DNA from: Nostoc sp. CreGUA01
Lineage (GTDB): Bacteria > Cyanobacteriota > Cyanobacteriia > Cyanobacteriales > Nostocaceae
Reading direction: 5' to 3'
DNA length: 14,450 bases
Assembly (NCBI GenBank): GCA_034531095.2
Contig: JAVRBV020000007.1
Span: forward strand, 1 to 14,450
The stretch's first letter is position 1. Every line of letters starts with the position of its first letter. This document shows, piece after piece, positions 6,414 to 14,450 of this stretch. The translations under genes and the position numbers were made by a program. Below the pieces are notes generated by a model that searched no databases, had not been told where the DNA came from, and saw nothing but the letters and a program-made list of their open reading frames with translations.

Positions 6414-6469
6414 GAGATATGTGCAACTTCACATTAAATTGGTATTACTAGCTAAAAAATATTCGTTAG

Positions 6470-6637
6470 TTACTCCAGAACATGTTTTTCTTGCTCCAGA
6501 ACATGTTTTTCTTGCTCCGGAACATGTTTTTCTTGCTCCGGAACATGTTTTTCTTGCTCCGGAACATGTTTTTCTTACTCCGGAACATGTTTTTCTTACT
6601 CTGGAACATGTTTTTCTTACTCCGGAACATGTTTTTT
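6470..6637. repeat. Tandem array of 8 x 21 bp, unit TT[A/G]CTC[C/T][A/G]GAACATGTTTTTC, each with the 8-bp palindrome AACATGTT
   Basis: Units start at 6470, 6491, 6512, 6533, 6554, 6575, 6596 and 6617. Only 3 positions per unit vary (plus a terminal C-to-T in unit 8). The array is intergenic and all six frames stay open across it, which produces ORF 6397-6639 (PEHVFLA repeats). Confidence 0.95.
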
Positions 6638-7089
6638 GACTAAAATGTGTTTATTAATAAGTTAAAAACTATTTTTATTAAATCGAATTCTATTTGACTT
6701 ATCATTTAATGACTTTCTATAATTAAAAAAAATATTTTTTCGATAATAGCTTTAGTTTTATTTATATAAAAACGAAAATTTCCAGCAAAAATCTCCAAAG
6801 TATAAATAAAACTTAGATGGAATTGAGAACCAATTATGGTTAATTTATCAAAGGATGAGTTTTTATAAGCGATCGCCTTAAAACTTCTCAAAAACGAATA
6901 TTAAAACTTTTGGTGTATTGACTTACACGCCAAATACCCCAGTAGTAGGGTCATCGCACTAACTCAACCCTCTTCAGAATCCACCACAACCACGTTAAGC
7001 TGGATCAAAGTGGCAATTTACTGCGCTCTTGAATAAAAAAATCTCTGTTAAAGTCGAATTTTAACTTTTTTCTGCTTGAGAAACTTGGA

Positions 7090-7812
7090 ATGCTAGACCG
7101 AATTTTTGATTACCTCCACTTTCATTTCAGCGTTGAAGCCCCGATAGTCCTGCTGATACTAATATTTTTAGAGGCAGTGCTATCTGCTGACAATGCCATC
7201 GCCCTTGCTGCCATCGCCCAAGGACTAGAAGACAAAGAACTTGAGCGTAAAGCTTTAAATTTTGGTTTAGTCGTTGCCTACGTGTTGCGAATCAGCCTGA
7301 TTTTGACTGCCACTTGGGTGCAAAAATATTGGCAATTTGAATTATTGGGCGCTGCCTACTTGCTATGGTTGGTATTCCAACACTTTACCTCAGAAGAAGG
7401 CAAGGACGATCATCATCACGGGCCGCGTTTTAATTCGTTATTGCAAGCCATCCCCGTAATTGCATTTACAGATTTAGCATTTTCGTTGGATAGTGTGACA
7501 ACTGCGATCGCAGTTTCTCAAGAAAGGTGGCTAGTATTAACGGGTGCAACAATCGGTATTATCACGCTACGTTTCATGGCGGGATTGTTTATCCGTTGGT
7601 TGGATGAATATGAAAACCTAGAAGACGCAGGCTATATAACTGTAGCTTTTGTAGGACTGCGACTGTTTTTAAAGGTAGTTAACGATAATTTAGTCCCACC
7701 AGAATGGGTAATGATTACAGCCATCTTCCTAATTCTAGGCTGGGGATTTTCCAAACGCGTTGACACCGAACTACCCCAAGTAGAACCGGAAAAGACTGAA
7801 GTACCGAAGTAG
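7090..7812 (+). CDS. TerC-family integral membrane protein (240 aa)
   Basis: ATG 7090. The protein has multiple hydrophobic helices, the conserved TerC-type motif EAVLSADNAIALAAIA, a second half-repeat FTDLAFSLDSVTTAIAV, and a His-rich loop (DDHHHG). Confidence 0.85.
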   Translation: MLDRIFDYLHFHFSVEAPIVLLILIFLEAVLSADNAIALAAIAQGLEDKELERKALNFGLVVAYVLRISLILTATWVQKYWQFELLGAAYLLWLVFQHFTSEEGKDDHHHGPRFNSLLQAIPVIAFTDLAFSLDSVTTAIAVSQERWLVLTGATIGIITLRFMAGLFIRWLDEYENLEDAGYITVAFVGLRLFLKVVNDNLVPPEWVMITAIFLILGWGFSKRVDTELPQVEPEKTEVPK

Positions 7813-7814
7813 GA

Positions 7815-7910
7815 AGAGGGGATGAGGGGGATGAGGGAGATGAGGGGGATGAGGAAGATAAATAAATATTTCTCCCTCTACTCCCTCATCTCCCCCTACT
7901 CCCTCATCTC
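7815..7910. terminator. Inverted 9-nt-repeat arrays forming a long hairpin between convergent genes (probable bidirectional terminator)
   Basis: A GATGAGGGR-type array (7815-7856) is followed by the AT-rich loop gataaataaatattt and then a CTCCCTCATCTCC-type complementary array (7872-7910). The structure sits exactly between the TerC stop (7812) and the ndk stop (7913). Confidence 0.5.
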
Positions 7911-7912
7911 TC

Positions 7913-8362
7913 TTACTCGTGCAACCAAGCTGTTAAATGCGGTTGCCAGCTGACTAATTCTTCATCTTTAAACCACAGGGCAATTTCGCGTTGGGCGGTT
8001 TCTTGGGCATCGGAACCGTGGATTAGGTTGCGACCAATATTAATACCAAAATCGCCGCGAATTGTTCCCGGTTCGGCTGATAAGGGGTTTGTTGCACCAA
8101 TAATTTTTCTGGCAGATGCAACTACGCCATCTCCTTCCCATACCATTGCTACCACCGGCGCGGAAGTAATAAATTCGACTAAGCTACCAAAAAAGGGACG
8201 TTCTTTGTGAACATCATAATGTTGTTCGGCTAATTCCCGACTGACTTTCAGGAATTTTAAACCAACTAAGGTAAAACCTTTGGTTTCAAAGCGACGGATA
8301 ATTTCACCCACTAATTTGCGCTGTACACCGTCAGGTTTAATTGCTAAGAATGTGCGCTCCAT
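7913..8362 (-). CDS. ndk: Nucleoside diphosphate kinase (149 aa)
   Basis: The translation [36 protein letters not shown] ... NLIHGSD (active-site His context) is an unmistakable NDK sequence at the canonical length. Confidence 0.97.
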   Translation of the reverse strand: MERTFLAIKPDGVQRKLVGEIIRRFETKGFTLVGLKFLKVSRELAEQHYDVHKERPFFGSLVEFITSAPVVAMVWEGDGVVASARKIIGATNPLSAEPGTIRGDFGINIGRNLIHGSDAQETAQREIALWFKDEELVSWQPHLTAWLHE

Positions 8363-8403
8363 TGCTATCTCCCAAAACTTAATAAAATTTTTATCTAGTC
8401 AAT

Positions 8404-8476
8404 TGTCCTTTGTCCTTTGTCCTTTGTCCAAGGCTTTGCACTTCTGACTAATGACTAATGACTAATGACTAATGAC
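8404..8476. repeat. Two heptamer STRR-like arrays: TGTCCTT x about 3.7 (8404-8429) and GACTAAT x4 (8446-8473)
   Basis: Direct reading in the divergent ndk/speA intergenic region. Confidence 0.9.
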
Positions 8477-8592
8477 ACATGACTCTTGACCAATCAGAGT
8501 TTATCTCAGAAATTAACCTTGGGTGCATATCGGTTATGAAACGAATGCGCTAAATTGTTAATTCGTGGGTGAAACACAGAGGTTAGGAAGAA

Positions 8593-10611
8593 ATGGGTGT
8601 TGAGTCAACTGCTACATCTGACGAGGTGGTACTACTACCGTCCAATGGACACAAATCTGAAGTGAAAAAAAATCAACAAAAAAAGCTGTTACCATCTAGT
8701 ACTACCACAGGAGATTTACCTCGCTCCTGGAAAATTGAGGATAGCGAAACACTATATCGCATTGAAGGTTGGGGACAACCTTATTTTTCCATTAATGCTG
8801 CTGGTAACATTACCGTTGCGCCGAAGGGCGATCGCGGGGGGTCTCTAGATCTGTTTGAATTAGTTAACGCCCTGAAGCAGCGCAATTTGGGACTACCCAT
8901 GCTGATTCGCTTTTCCGATATTTTAGAAGACCGGATTGAGCGATTAAACGCTTGTTTTGCCAAGGCGATCGCCCGTTACAATTACCCTGGTGTCTACCGT
9001 GGTGTGTTTCCTGTCAAATGTAACCAAGAACGGCATTTGATTGAGGATTTAGTCAAATTCGGCAAGCCCCATCAATTTGGTTTAGAAGCCGGTTCCAAGC
9101 CAGAATTAATGATTGCTCTGGCTATCCTGGATACACCAGGAGCATTGTTAGTTTGCAATGGCTACAAAGACCAAGAATACATTGAAACGGCAATGTTAGC
9201 CCAAAGACTAGGCCAAACACCAATTATTGTCTTAGAACAAATTGAAGAAGTGGATTTGGTGATTGCAGCCAATCGTCAGTTAGGTATTAAGCCGATTTTG
9301 GGTGTTCGGGCGAAACTCAGTACCCAAGGTATGGGACGTTGGGGAACTTCCAGTGGCGATCGCGCTAAATTTGGTTTGACTATGCCTGAGGTCATCGAGG
9401 CAGTTGACAAGTTACGGGATGCTAATCTGCTGGATTCTTTACAGTTGATGCACTTCCATATCGGCTCACAAATTTCTGCCATCAATGTAATTAAAGATGC
9501 CATCCAGGAAGCCAGCCGCATTTACGTGGAATTGGCAATGCTGGGGGCAGACATGAAATACCTCGATGTCGGTGGCGGTTTGGGTGTAGATTACGACGGT
9601 TCCCAAACCAACTTCTATGCATCGAAAAATTACAACATGCAGAACTATGCCAACGATATTGTGGCAGAGTTAAAAGATACCTGTGCGGAACGGCAAATTC
9701 CCGTACCAACACTGATTAGTGAAAGTGGACGAGCGATCGCTTCTCATCAGTCGGTGCTGATTTTCGACGTTCTCAGTACCAGTGATGTCCCCCTCGATCC
9801 ACCAGAACCACCACAAGAGGGCGAATCCCCAATCATTAATTATCTCTGGGAAAGCTACCAATCCATCAACAAGGAAAATTACCAAGAACTTTACCACGAC
9901 GCGGCACAATTCAAAGAAGAAGCCATCAGCCGCTTTAACTTGGGAATTTTACGCCTCAGAGAACGAGCCAAAGCCGAACGGCTATACTGGGCTTGTTGCC
10001 AGAAAATTTTAAACATCACTAGACAGCAAGAATACGTACCCGACGAACTGGAAGACTTAGAGAAAATAATGGCTTCCATCTATTACGTCAACATGTCAGT
10101 GTTTCAATCAGCACCAGATTGTTGGGCGATCGACCAATTATTTCCCATCATGCCAATCCATCGCTTAGATGAAGAACCAACGCGGCGGGGGATTTTAGCA
10201 GACCTCACCTGCGATAGTGATGGTAAAATCGATCGCTTTATTGACCTGCGCGATGTCAAATCAGTATTAGAACTCCACCCCTACAAAACAGGAGAACCCT
10301 ATTACTTGGGTATGTTCCTCAATGGAGCTTACCAGGAAATCATGGGTAACTTGCACAACTTATTTGGCGACACCAACGCCGTTCACATTCAATTAACACC
10401 CAAAGGCTACCAAATTGAACACGTAGTCAAAGGCGACACCATGAGTGAAGTGGTGAGCTACGTTCAATATGACTCCGAAGACATGGTGGAAAACATCCGC
10501 CAGCGCTGCGAGAAAGCTTTAGAGGAAAAGCGCATTACTTTAGCAGAATCTCAGCGGCTCCTACAAACCTACGAGCAGAGTCTCAGAAGGTATACGTATT
10601 TAAATAGTTAG
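8593..10611 (+). CDS. speA: Biosynthetic arginine decarboxylase (672 aa)
   Basis: The length and sequence are typical of SpeA: WKIEDSETLYRIEGWGQPYFSINAAGNITV, FPVKCNQ (PLP-Lys context), HFHIGSQ, and DVGGGLGVDYDG (Gly-rich PLP-binding loop). Confidence 0.95.
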   Translation: MGVESTATSDEVVLLPSNGHKSEVKKNQQKKLLPSSTTTGDLPRSWKIEDSETLYRIEGWGQPYFSINAAGNITVAPKGDRGGSLDLFELVNALKQRNLGLPMLIRFSDILEDRIERLNACFAKAIARYNYPGVYRGVFPVKCNQERHLIEDLVKFGKPHQFGLEAGSKPELMIALAILDTPGALLVCNGYKDQEYIETAMLAQRLGQTPIIVLEQIEEVDLVIAANRQLGIKPILGVRAKLSTQGMGRWGTSSGDRAKFGLTMPEVIEAVDKLRDANLLDSLQLMHFHIGSQISAINVIKDAIQEASRIYVELAMLGADMKYLDVGGGLGVDYDGSQTNFYASKNYNMQNYANDIVAELKDTCAERQIPVPTLISESGRAIASHQSVLIFDVLSTSDVPLDPPEPPQEGESPIINYLWESYQSINKENYQELYHDAAQFKEEAISRFNLGILRLRERAKAERLYWACCQKILNITRQQEYVPDELEDLEKIMASIYYVNMSVFQSAPDCWAIDQLFPIMPIHRLDEEPTRRGILADLTCDSDGKIDRFIDLRDVKSVLELHPYKTGEPYYLGMFLNGAYQEIMGNLHNLFGDTNAVHIQLTPKGYQIEHVVKGDTMSEVVSYVQYDSEDMVENIRQRCEKALEEKRITLAESQRLLQTYEQSLRRYTYLNS

Positions 10612-10792
10612 GAATTGGGCATGGGGCATGGGGAGATGAGGGAGATGAGGGAGATGAGGGGGATGAGGGAGATGAGGGAGATGAGGGGCGGGGTGCAGGG
10701 GGCAGGGGAGAAAATCTTCCCCTCTGCTCCCTGCTCCCTGCTCCCCTGCCTTTTTCCCAATGCCCAATGCCCAATGCCCAATGCCCAATTCC
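10612..10792. repeat. Composite modular repeat: GGGCATGGGG + 6 x GGGRGATGA nonamers + GGCAGGGG/CCCTGCT palindrome + 4-5 x CCCAATG heptamers. It probably also serves as a bidirectional terminator.
   Basis: The nonamers run from 10631 to 10684. GGCAGGGGAG (10701-10710) pairs with CTCCCCTGCC (10741-10750). AATTGGGCATGGGG (10614-10627) is nearly complementary to the CCCAATG array (10756-10790). The element fills the whole gap between convergent stops at 10611 and 10793. Confidence 0.9.
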
Positions 10793-11962
10793 CTAATTCA
10801 CGCTTGTCCCCAGCAATTCTTCAATTGCTTGTCGCTCAACAGGGGTATGGGATGGTACTGTCTGACGAGCATCGGTAATCAACCAGTCTAAAGCTGCGGC
10901 TTGAACATCAATTGCAGCGCCGGTTTTATCAACGCAATAACGTCCAAACACTAGCTTATCCACTAAGCGGACTCCTGGACCGAGGCGCGACCATTCAAAA
11001 ATGACGCTGTTTTCTACTGTTGCGCCGCTACAAATCCAACAATTTGGGCCAATCATTGCCGGGCCGACGATTTTAGCTCCGTCTTCTATTCTTGTCATCC
11101 CACCAATGTAAACTGGGCCTGTGATATCCACTTTGTCCCAATTGACGGCAACATTTAAGCCAGTGTAGATTCCAGGGGCGACTTCATGACCGGGAATTTG
11201 CACATTTTTGATTTCACCCAGCAGTACACCGCGAATCGCCCGCCAATAGTCTGGTACTTTACCAATATCTACCCATTCAAAGTCCATAGGGATGGCATAA
11301 AATGGAGCTTTGATTTCCACTAGTTTGGGAAACAATTGGCTACCAATGTCATATTCGACGCCAGAGGGGATATAGTTAAATACCTCTGGTTCAAAGATAT
11401 AAATACCGGTGTTGATATTGGTGCTGAGGGCTTCTTCAGTTGAAGGTTTTTCTTGGAAAGCTTTAACCCGACCGTCTTCGTCGGTAACAACCACACCGTA
11501 GCTAGAAACTTCTTCTTCGGGGACAGATTTCGTAATAATAGTAGCGATCGACCCTTTAGCTCTATGCCATTTAACTGCGGCAGTTAAATCCAGGTCAATC
11601 AAAGCATCACCGCACAACACGACAAAAGTATCATCGAAAAACGGTGAAAAGTCTTGAATGCGGCGCATTCCTCCAGCTGAACCAATGGCTTCACCTACTA
11701 ATTTACCGTCGTCGTCTATTTTCCCTTCAAAAGAATAGGCAATTTGTACACCAAACCGCTGACCATCACGGAAATAGTTTTCTATTTCCTCAGCTAAATG
11801 ACTAACGTTGACAAGGATCTGGTCAAATCCATGTTGGCGTAAAAGTTCCAGTAAAAACTCCATCACTGGCTTTTGCAGGATGGGCATCATCGGTTTGGGC
11901 ATAGTGTACGTAATTGGACGCACGCGAGTACCCTTGCCAGCCGCGAGAATCATCGCTTTCAT
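10793..11962 (-). CDS. NDP-sugar pyrophosphorylase (mannose-1-phosphate guanylyltransferase-like nucleotidyltransferase with a C-terminal left-handed beta-helix), 389 aa
   Basis: The N-terminal signature is MKAMILAAGKGTRVRPITYTMPKPMMPI (the G-x-G-T-R nucleotide-binding loop). The C-terminal part has hexapeptide-repeat character (IGPNCWICSGATVENSVI). Confidence 0.9.
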   Translation of the reverse strand: MKAMILAAGKGTRVRPITYTMPKPMMPILQKPVMEFLLELLRQHGFDQILVNVSHLAEEIENYFRDGQRFGVQIAYSFEGKIDDDGKLVGEAIGSAGGMRRIQDFSPFFDDTFVVLCGDALIDLDLTAAVKWHRAKGSIATIITKSVPEEEVSSYGVVVTDEDGRVKAFQEKPSTEEALSTNINTGIYIFEPEVFNYIPSGVEYDIGSQLFPKLVEIKAPFYAIPMDFEWVDIGKVPDYWRAIRGVLLGEIKNVQIPGHEVAPGIYTGLNVAVNWDKVDITGPVYIGGMTRIEDGAKIVGPAMIGPNCWICSGATVENSVIFEWSRLGPGVRLVDKLVFGRYCVDKTGAAIDVQAAALDWLITDARQTVPSHTPVERQAIEELLGTSVN

Positions 11963-12183
11963 AAAAGTTTATTCCTCAACCACAAGCCAGTTTACTTTCA
12001 TTGAGTGATACTTAATCATCAGTTTTTATTTCTGCTGTAAGATATCCCTCCAAACAGGGATAACAGTAATTTAGTGGTTATTGCAACCATAGGTACACTT
12101 AGATGACAAGCGATCGCTTATCTTTTCAATTTACTCGGATTTGGAAGCTCAAGTAAAAATCTGTCATATCTGTAAAGTTAATT

Positions 12184-13023
12184 TTAGGTTGCGGAGTTAA
12201 TTGGCTGCTCACAGGCTGGAGAATTGTTAGCTGAATCTGTGAGTAAGCGAACTTTAATCTCATGGTAAAATTCCTCTTGAGAAAGCTCTACTTTGGATTG
12301 AGCCGAGAGTAGTAATAACGCCCAGAAAACGCTCACTAGATGACTGTGTTCAGACTCGTGTCCAGACCCATTTTGAGATGATTGCCTGGTCTGAGTCCAC
12401 AACTGGACAAGTTGTTCCAAATTTAACCAATTTTGTTCTAAACATAGCTCTTTTGCTGATAATTTCAACACCTGCTCTAGTTCTTTTGCCACTTCTGTCA
12501 GATTTTCTTGGTGAGCCAACTCTAGAGCCTGTCGCATACTTTGGATGCTAGGCTGACGTTTGGGACGGATAGGCTTGCTGGTTTTCTCTACGAGTTTGAG
12601 CTGGTTCGCCATAATCTGTAATTGCTCGATTAACTCTTGCAGAGTTACCCGGCGTTTTGGCGGTGGCATTGCTGCTGGACGACGCCGCAATTGTCTCTCC
12701 AATGGTAGACGAGGACCATGATGTAATGCACCATCTTCATCTGCCAATAGGGCATCATCTAGTACACCATCCTGTGTATCTTCTAGTGTTGACAACTGCA
12801 TTAAGGTATTTGCTTTAAACAATACCAGCATTGATGCTGATAAAAAGGCTTGTCCAGATTGAGACAAGTCTGTTTCATAGCCTTTTGTTATTGCCTGCGA
12901 TTCCATCAATTCTAAATAACGGTCAATCACCTCAATCACTTGCACATTCCAAGGGTCAATTTCCCCCTGCTCGGCTTGATGAATCAGGAGTGTAATTGTT
13001 TCTAACAGCTCGGAAGCTTCCAT
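12184..13023 (-). CDS. scpA: Segregation and condensation protein A (kleisin), 279 aa
   Basis: The N-terminus is [28 protein letters not shown]. The C-terminal winged-helix-like block is [30 protein letters not shown]. Both match the ScpA pattern as I remember it from cyanobacterial homologues. Confidence 0.7.
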   Translation of the reverse strand: MEASELLETITLLIHQAEQGEIDPWNVQVIEVIDRYLELMESQAITKGYETDLSQSGQAFLSASMLVLFKANTLMQLSTLEDTQDGVLDDALLADEDGALHHGPRLPLERQLRRRPAAMPPPKRRVTLQELIEQLQIMANQLKLVEKTSKPIRPKRQPSIQSMRQALELAHQENLTEVAKELEQVLKLSAKELCLEQNWLNLEQLVQLWTQTRQSSQNGSGHESEHSHLVSVFWALLLLSAQSKVELSQEEFYHEIKVRLLTDSANNSPACEQPINSAT

Positions 13024-13044
13024 CAGTAGGTACTAAGTTAATCA

Positions 13045-13220
13045 AATGGGGCATGGGGAGATGAGGGGGATGAGGGGGATGAGGGGGATGAGGGGGATGA
13101 GGGGGATGAGGGGGATGAGGGGGATGGGGAGGCAGGGGGAGAAATAACCAATGCCCAATGCCCAATGCCCAATGCCCAATGCCCAATGCCCAATGCCCAA
13201 TACCCAATGCCATGCCCCAT
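13045..13220. repeat. Second copy of the composite modular repeat: GGGCATGGGG + 7 x GATGAGGGG nonamers + GGCAGGGGGAG + about 9 x CCAATGC heptamers
   Basis: The nonamers run 13060-13122 and the heptamers 13148-13210. The flanking inverted repeat is ATGGGGCATGG (13046-13056) with CCATGCCCCAT (13210-13220). Module order and orientation are the same as at 10612-10792. Confidence 0.9.
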
Positions 13221-13229
13221 ACCCAATAA

Positions 13230-13424
13230 TTAAAAACGCCACCAAGTTCTTTGAGCATAACTAATAATCCCGATCGCGATCGCCCCCAGTAATAGCAGCC
13301 AAATAATGCCACCCGGAATAAAAGTCAGAATCCCAATGCCTCTGAGTATCCAAACCGCTAGGCTGACACCAAGAAGGATACCGAAAATCTGAATTAATCT
13401 ACGATTTAAAGATGCTTGACTCAC
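13230..13424 (-). CDS. Small membrane protein with 2 predicted TM helices (64 aa)
   Basis: GTG start at 13424 with a GAGGA Shine-Dalgarno about 8 nt upstream on the minus strand. There are two hydrophobic segments ([15 protein letters not shown] and [17 protein letters not shown]). No family is recognised. Confidence 0.5.
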   Translation of the reverse strand: MSQASLNRRLIQIFGILLGVSLAVWILRGIGILTFIPGGIIWLLLLGAIAIGIISYAQRTWWRF

Positions 13425-13892
13425 TTATTTTTCCTCTCGACTCAACAGACATTACACATAGTATTAACATTCAGGTATGAAGATACGGTGAAGTAGCAGT
13501 TTCATCAGAAATAATACGTAAAAATTAGCAGATGCTGGCTACTAAAATTGGGCAAAGGTGGACGAAAGTTAGTACTAGAAAAACTTCTAGAATTAATCTT
13601 GCTGCTTGGTCTTAGTTGGTGTTTGTGTCATTTTAGCTGCTAAAAACTTGATTTTTTATTTACGAGTATTACTTTGATAAATTTTCACTTAAGTGTAGAT
13701 TGTGTTAATTGTGTTCAGAAATACAGTTTTCCCAGTAAACTGACTGAAATAATTATCAAAAAATGACTGTTTCCGGAAAAGATAAATACTAAACTGGAAC
13801 TAAAATTGAGTGGGTTGGAGTTGAATCAAGTTTTAATGGCTTGTAGTTTCAACATTTTTAGGTGGATGAGTTGAGGAGTCACTGAAATCATT

Positions 13893-14450
13893 ATGTCTGC
13901 GTCTCATATTTTAAACTCAATTATTGCAGGTTCAGATATGGCTTGGAATCAAGACAAGCAAAGATTATTGGTACAGGGTGAAATTTTAGTAGAAACCCGA
14001 TCGCACAAGGCCTGGGGTGGCGCTGTCACAGCTTGGATGTATGTGCCGATGGTGCGATCGCAAGTCTGGCAGCAGTTAACCGATTACCCCCGCTGGGTGC
14101 AGTATTTTCCCGATATTACCAAGAGTGAAGTAATACATCGGGGTGAAGCCAAGCGTCTGTACCAAGCAGCACAAAAAGCCTTTCTGTTTTTCACGGCTCA
14201 AGTGGAAATTTACCTCAATGTTGTAGAAGTGCTGGGGCAACAAATCCAATTTCGCATGGAAAAAGGAACTTTTGAGGATTTTGACGCTCATCTAGAACTC
14301 AAAGATTGCGGTAATGGCACTTTACTCGCTTATACTGTGCAAGCTACCCCCAATATCCCGATTCCCTCAATTTTCATTCAGCAAGCAATGAACTTTGAAT
14401 TGCCAGCGAATATGCGGAAAATGCGGCAAGTACTTTGTAAAGCTCAATGA
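13893..14450 (+). CDS. SRPBCC-superfamily (polyketide cyclase/dehydrase, START-like) protein, 185 aa
   Basis: Complete ORF with ATG 13893 and a TGA stop at 14448-14450. The segment VWQQLTDYPRWVQYFPDI and the overall size and pattern resemble cyanobacterial cyclase/dehydrase-family proteins. This call rests on pattern memory only. Confidence 0.55.
   Translation: MSASHILNSIIAGSDMAWNQDKQRLLVQGEILVETRSHKAWGGAVTAWMYVPMVRSQVWQQLTDYPRWVQYFPDITKSEVIHRGEAKRLYQAAQKAFLFFTAQVEIYLNVVEVLGQQIQFRMEKGTFEDFDAHLELKDCGNGTLLAYTVQATPNIPIPSIFIQQAMNFELPANMRKMRQVLCKAQ

Noticed and set aside
6470-6637. Possible CRISPR array
   Set aside because: The 21-bp units are directly adjacent with no spacers, the unit is shorter than typical CRISPR repeats, and no cas genes are in the window. 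It is a plain tandem repeat.
6397-6639. 80-aa ORF encoding PEHVFLA heptad repeats
   Set aside because: The ORF starts inside the MITE-like element and has no RBS. The rest is just one frame of the 21-bp array, which is open in all six frames. It is most likely non-coding, although translation cannot be formally excluded.
6706-6891. 61-aa minus-strand ORF in the AT-rich gap
   Set aside because: Its composition is extremely AT-rich (I/F/K/N-biased), it has no recognisable motif or RBS, and it sits isolated in a repeat-rich intergenic region. It is probably spurious.
6895-7089. Possible Mn2+ (yybP-ykoY) riboswitch upstream of the TerC-family gene, as known for some TerC/Alx genes
   Set aside because: I could not find the conserved GGGGAGUAG-type core or a convincing four-way-junction pairing in this leader. 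A covariance-model scan (Rfam RF00080) would be the decisive test.
7815-7910. Nonamer GATGAGGGG/CCCCTCATC resembles half of the HetR-type palindromic operator (GAGGGG...CCCCTC, recalled from memory)
   Set aside because: No GAGGGG-N5-CCCCTC palindrome with operator-like spacing occurs at any of the arrays. The inverted arrays here are separated by a 15-nt loop and many repeat units. The resemblance is probably compositional.
8028-10079. Short ORFs inside or antisense to ndk and speA (8028-8210, 8781-8963, 9276-9521, 9491-9712, 9670-9909, 9782-10012, 9891-10079)
   Set aside because: They lie entirely within well-supported, conserved genes and have no motifs of their own. This is typical shadow-ORF behaviour.
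10583-10878. ORFs 10583-10774(-), 10600-10788(-) and 10615-10878(+)
   Set aside because: These are translations of the composite repeat between speA and the nucleotidyltransferase gene. They are low complexity and overlap the ends of well-supported genes.
12956-13312. ORFs 12956-13312(-), 13038-13226(-) and 13042-13245(-)
   Set aside because: These are translations of the nonamer/heptamer composite repeat (PHPPHPP, PSSPSS, LIPLIP, GIGHWAL). They overlap scpA and the small membrane protein gene.

Overview
This window looks like a chromosomal segment from a filamentous, Nostocales-type cyanobacterium. By my reading it has 13 perfect HIP1 octamers (GCGATCGC). It also has STRR-like heptamer tandem repeats, and a recurring 9-nt array (CCCTCATCY / its complement) fills almost every intergenic gap.

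The left half (220-7089) looks accessory. It holds two PD-(D/E)xK-fold nuclease-family genes (HsdR_N-like and Uma2) and a two-gene orphan cassette. Next comes a two-gene module: a small helical protein (3368-3784) followed by an NB-ARC/TPR STAND NTPase (3796-5643). The two proteins share a 27-aa Q/N/G-rich motif, at the C-terminus of the first and the N-terminus of the second (20/27 aa identical, including a 30-nt perfect run). This is the architecture of NLR-associated amyloid (prion-like) signalling: Bell/BASS-type, analogous to fungal HET-S/NWD2. I rank it as the most interesting system here. A 1.45-kb gene-free stretch follows, packed with MITE-like palindromic elements and an 8 x 21-bp tandem array.

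The right half is housekeeping: a TerC-family membrane protein, ndk, speA, an NDP-sugar pyrophosphorylase, scpA, a small membrane protein and an SRPBCC protein.

All calls rest on reading the sequence and the ORF translations. No database search was possible.
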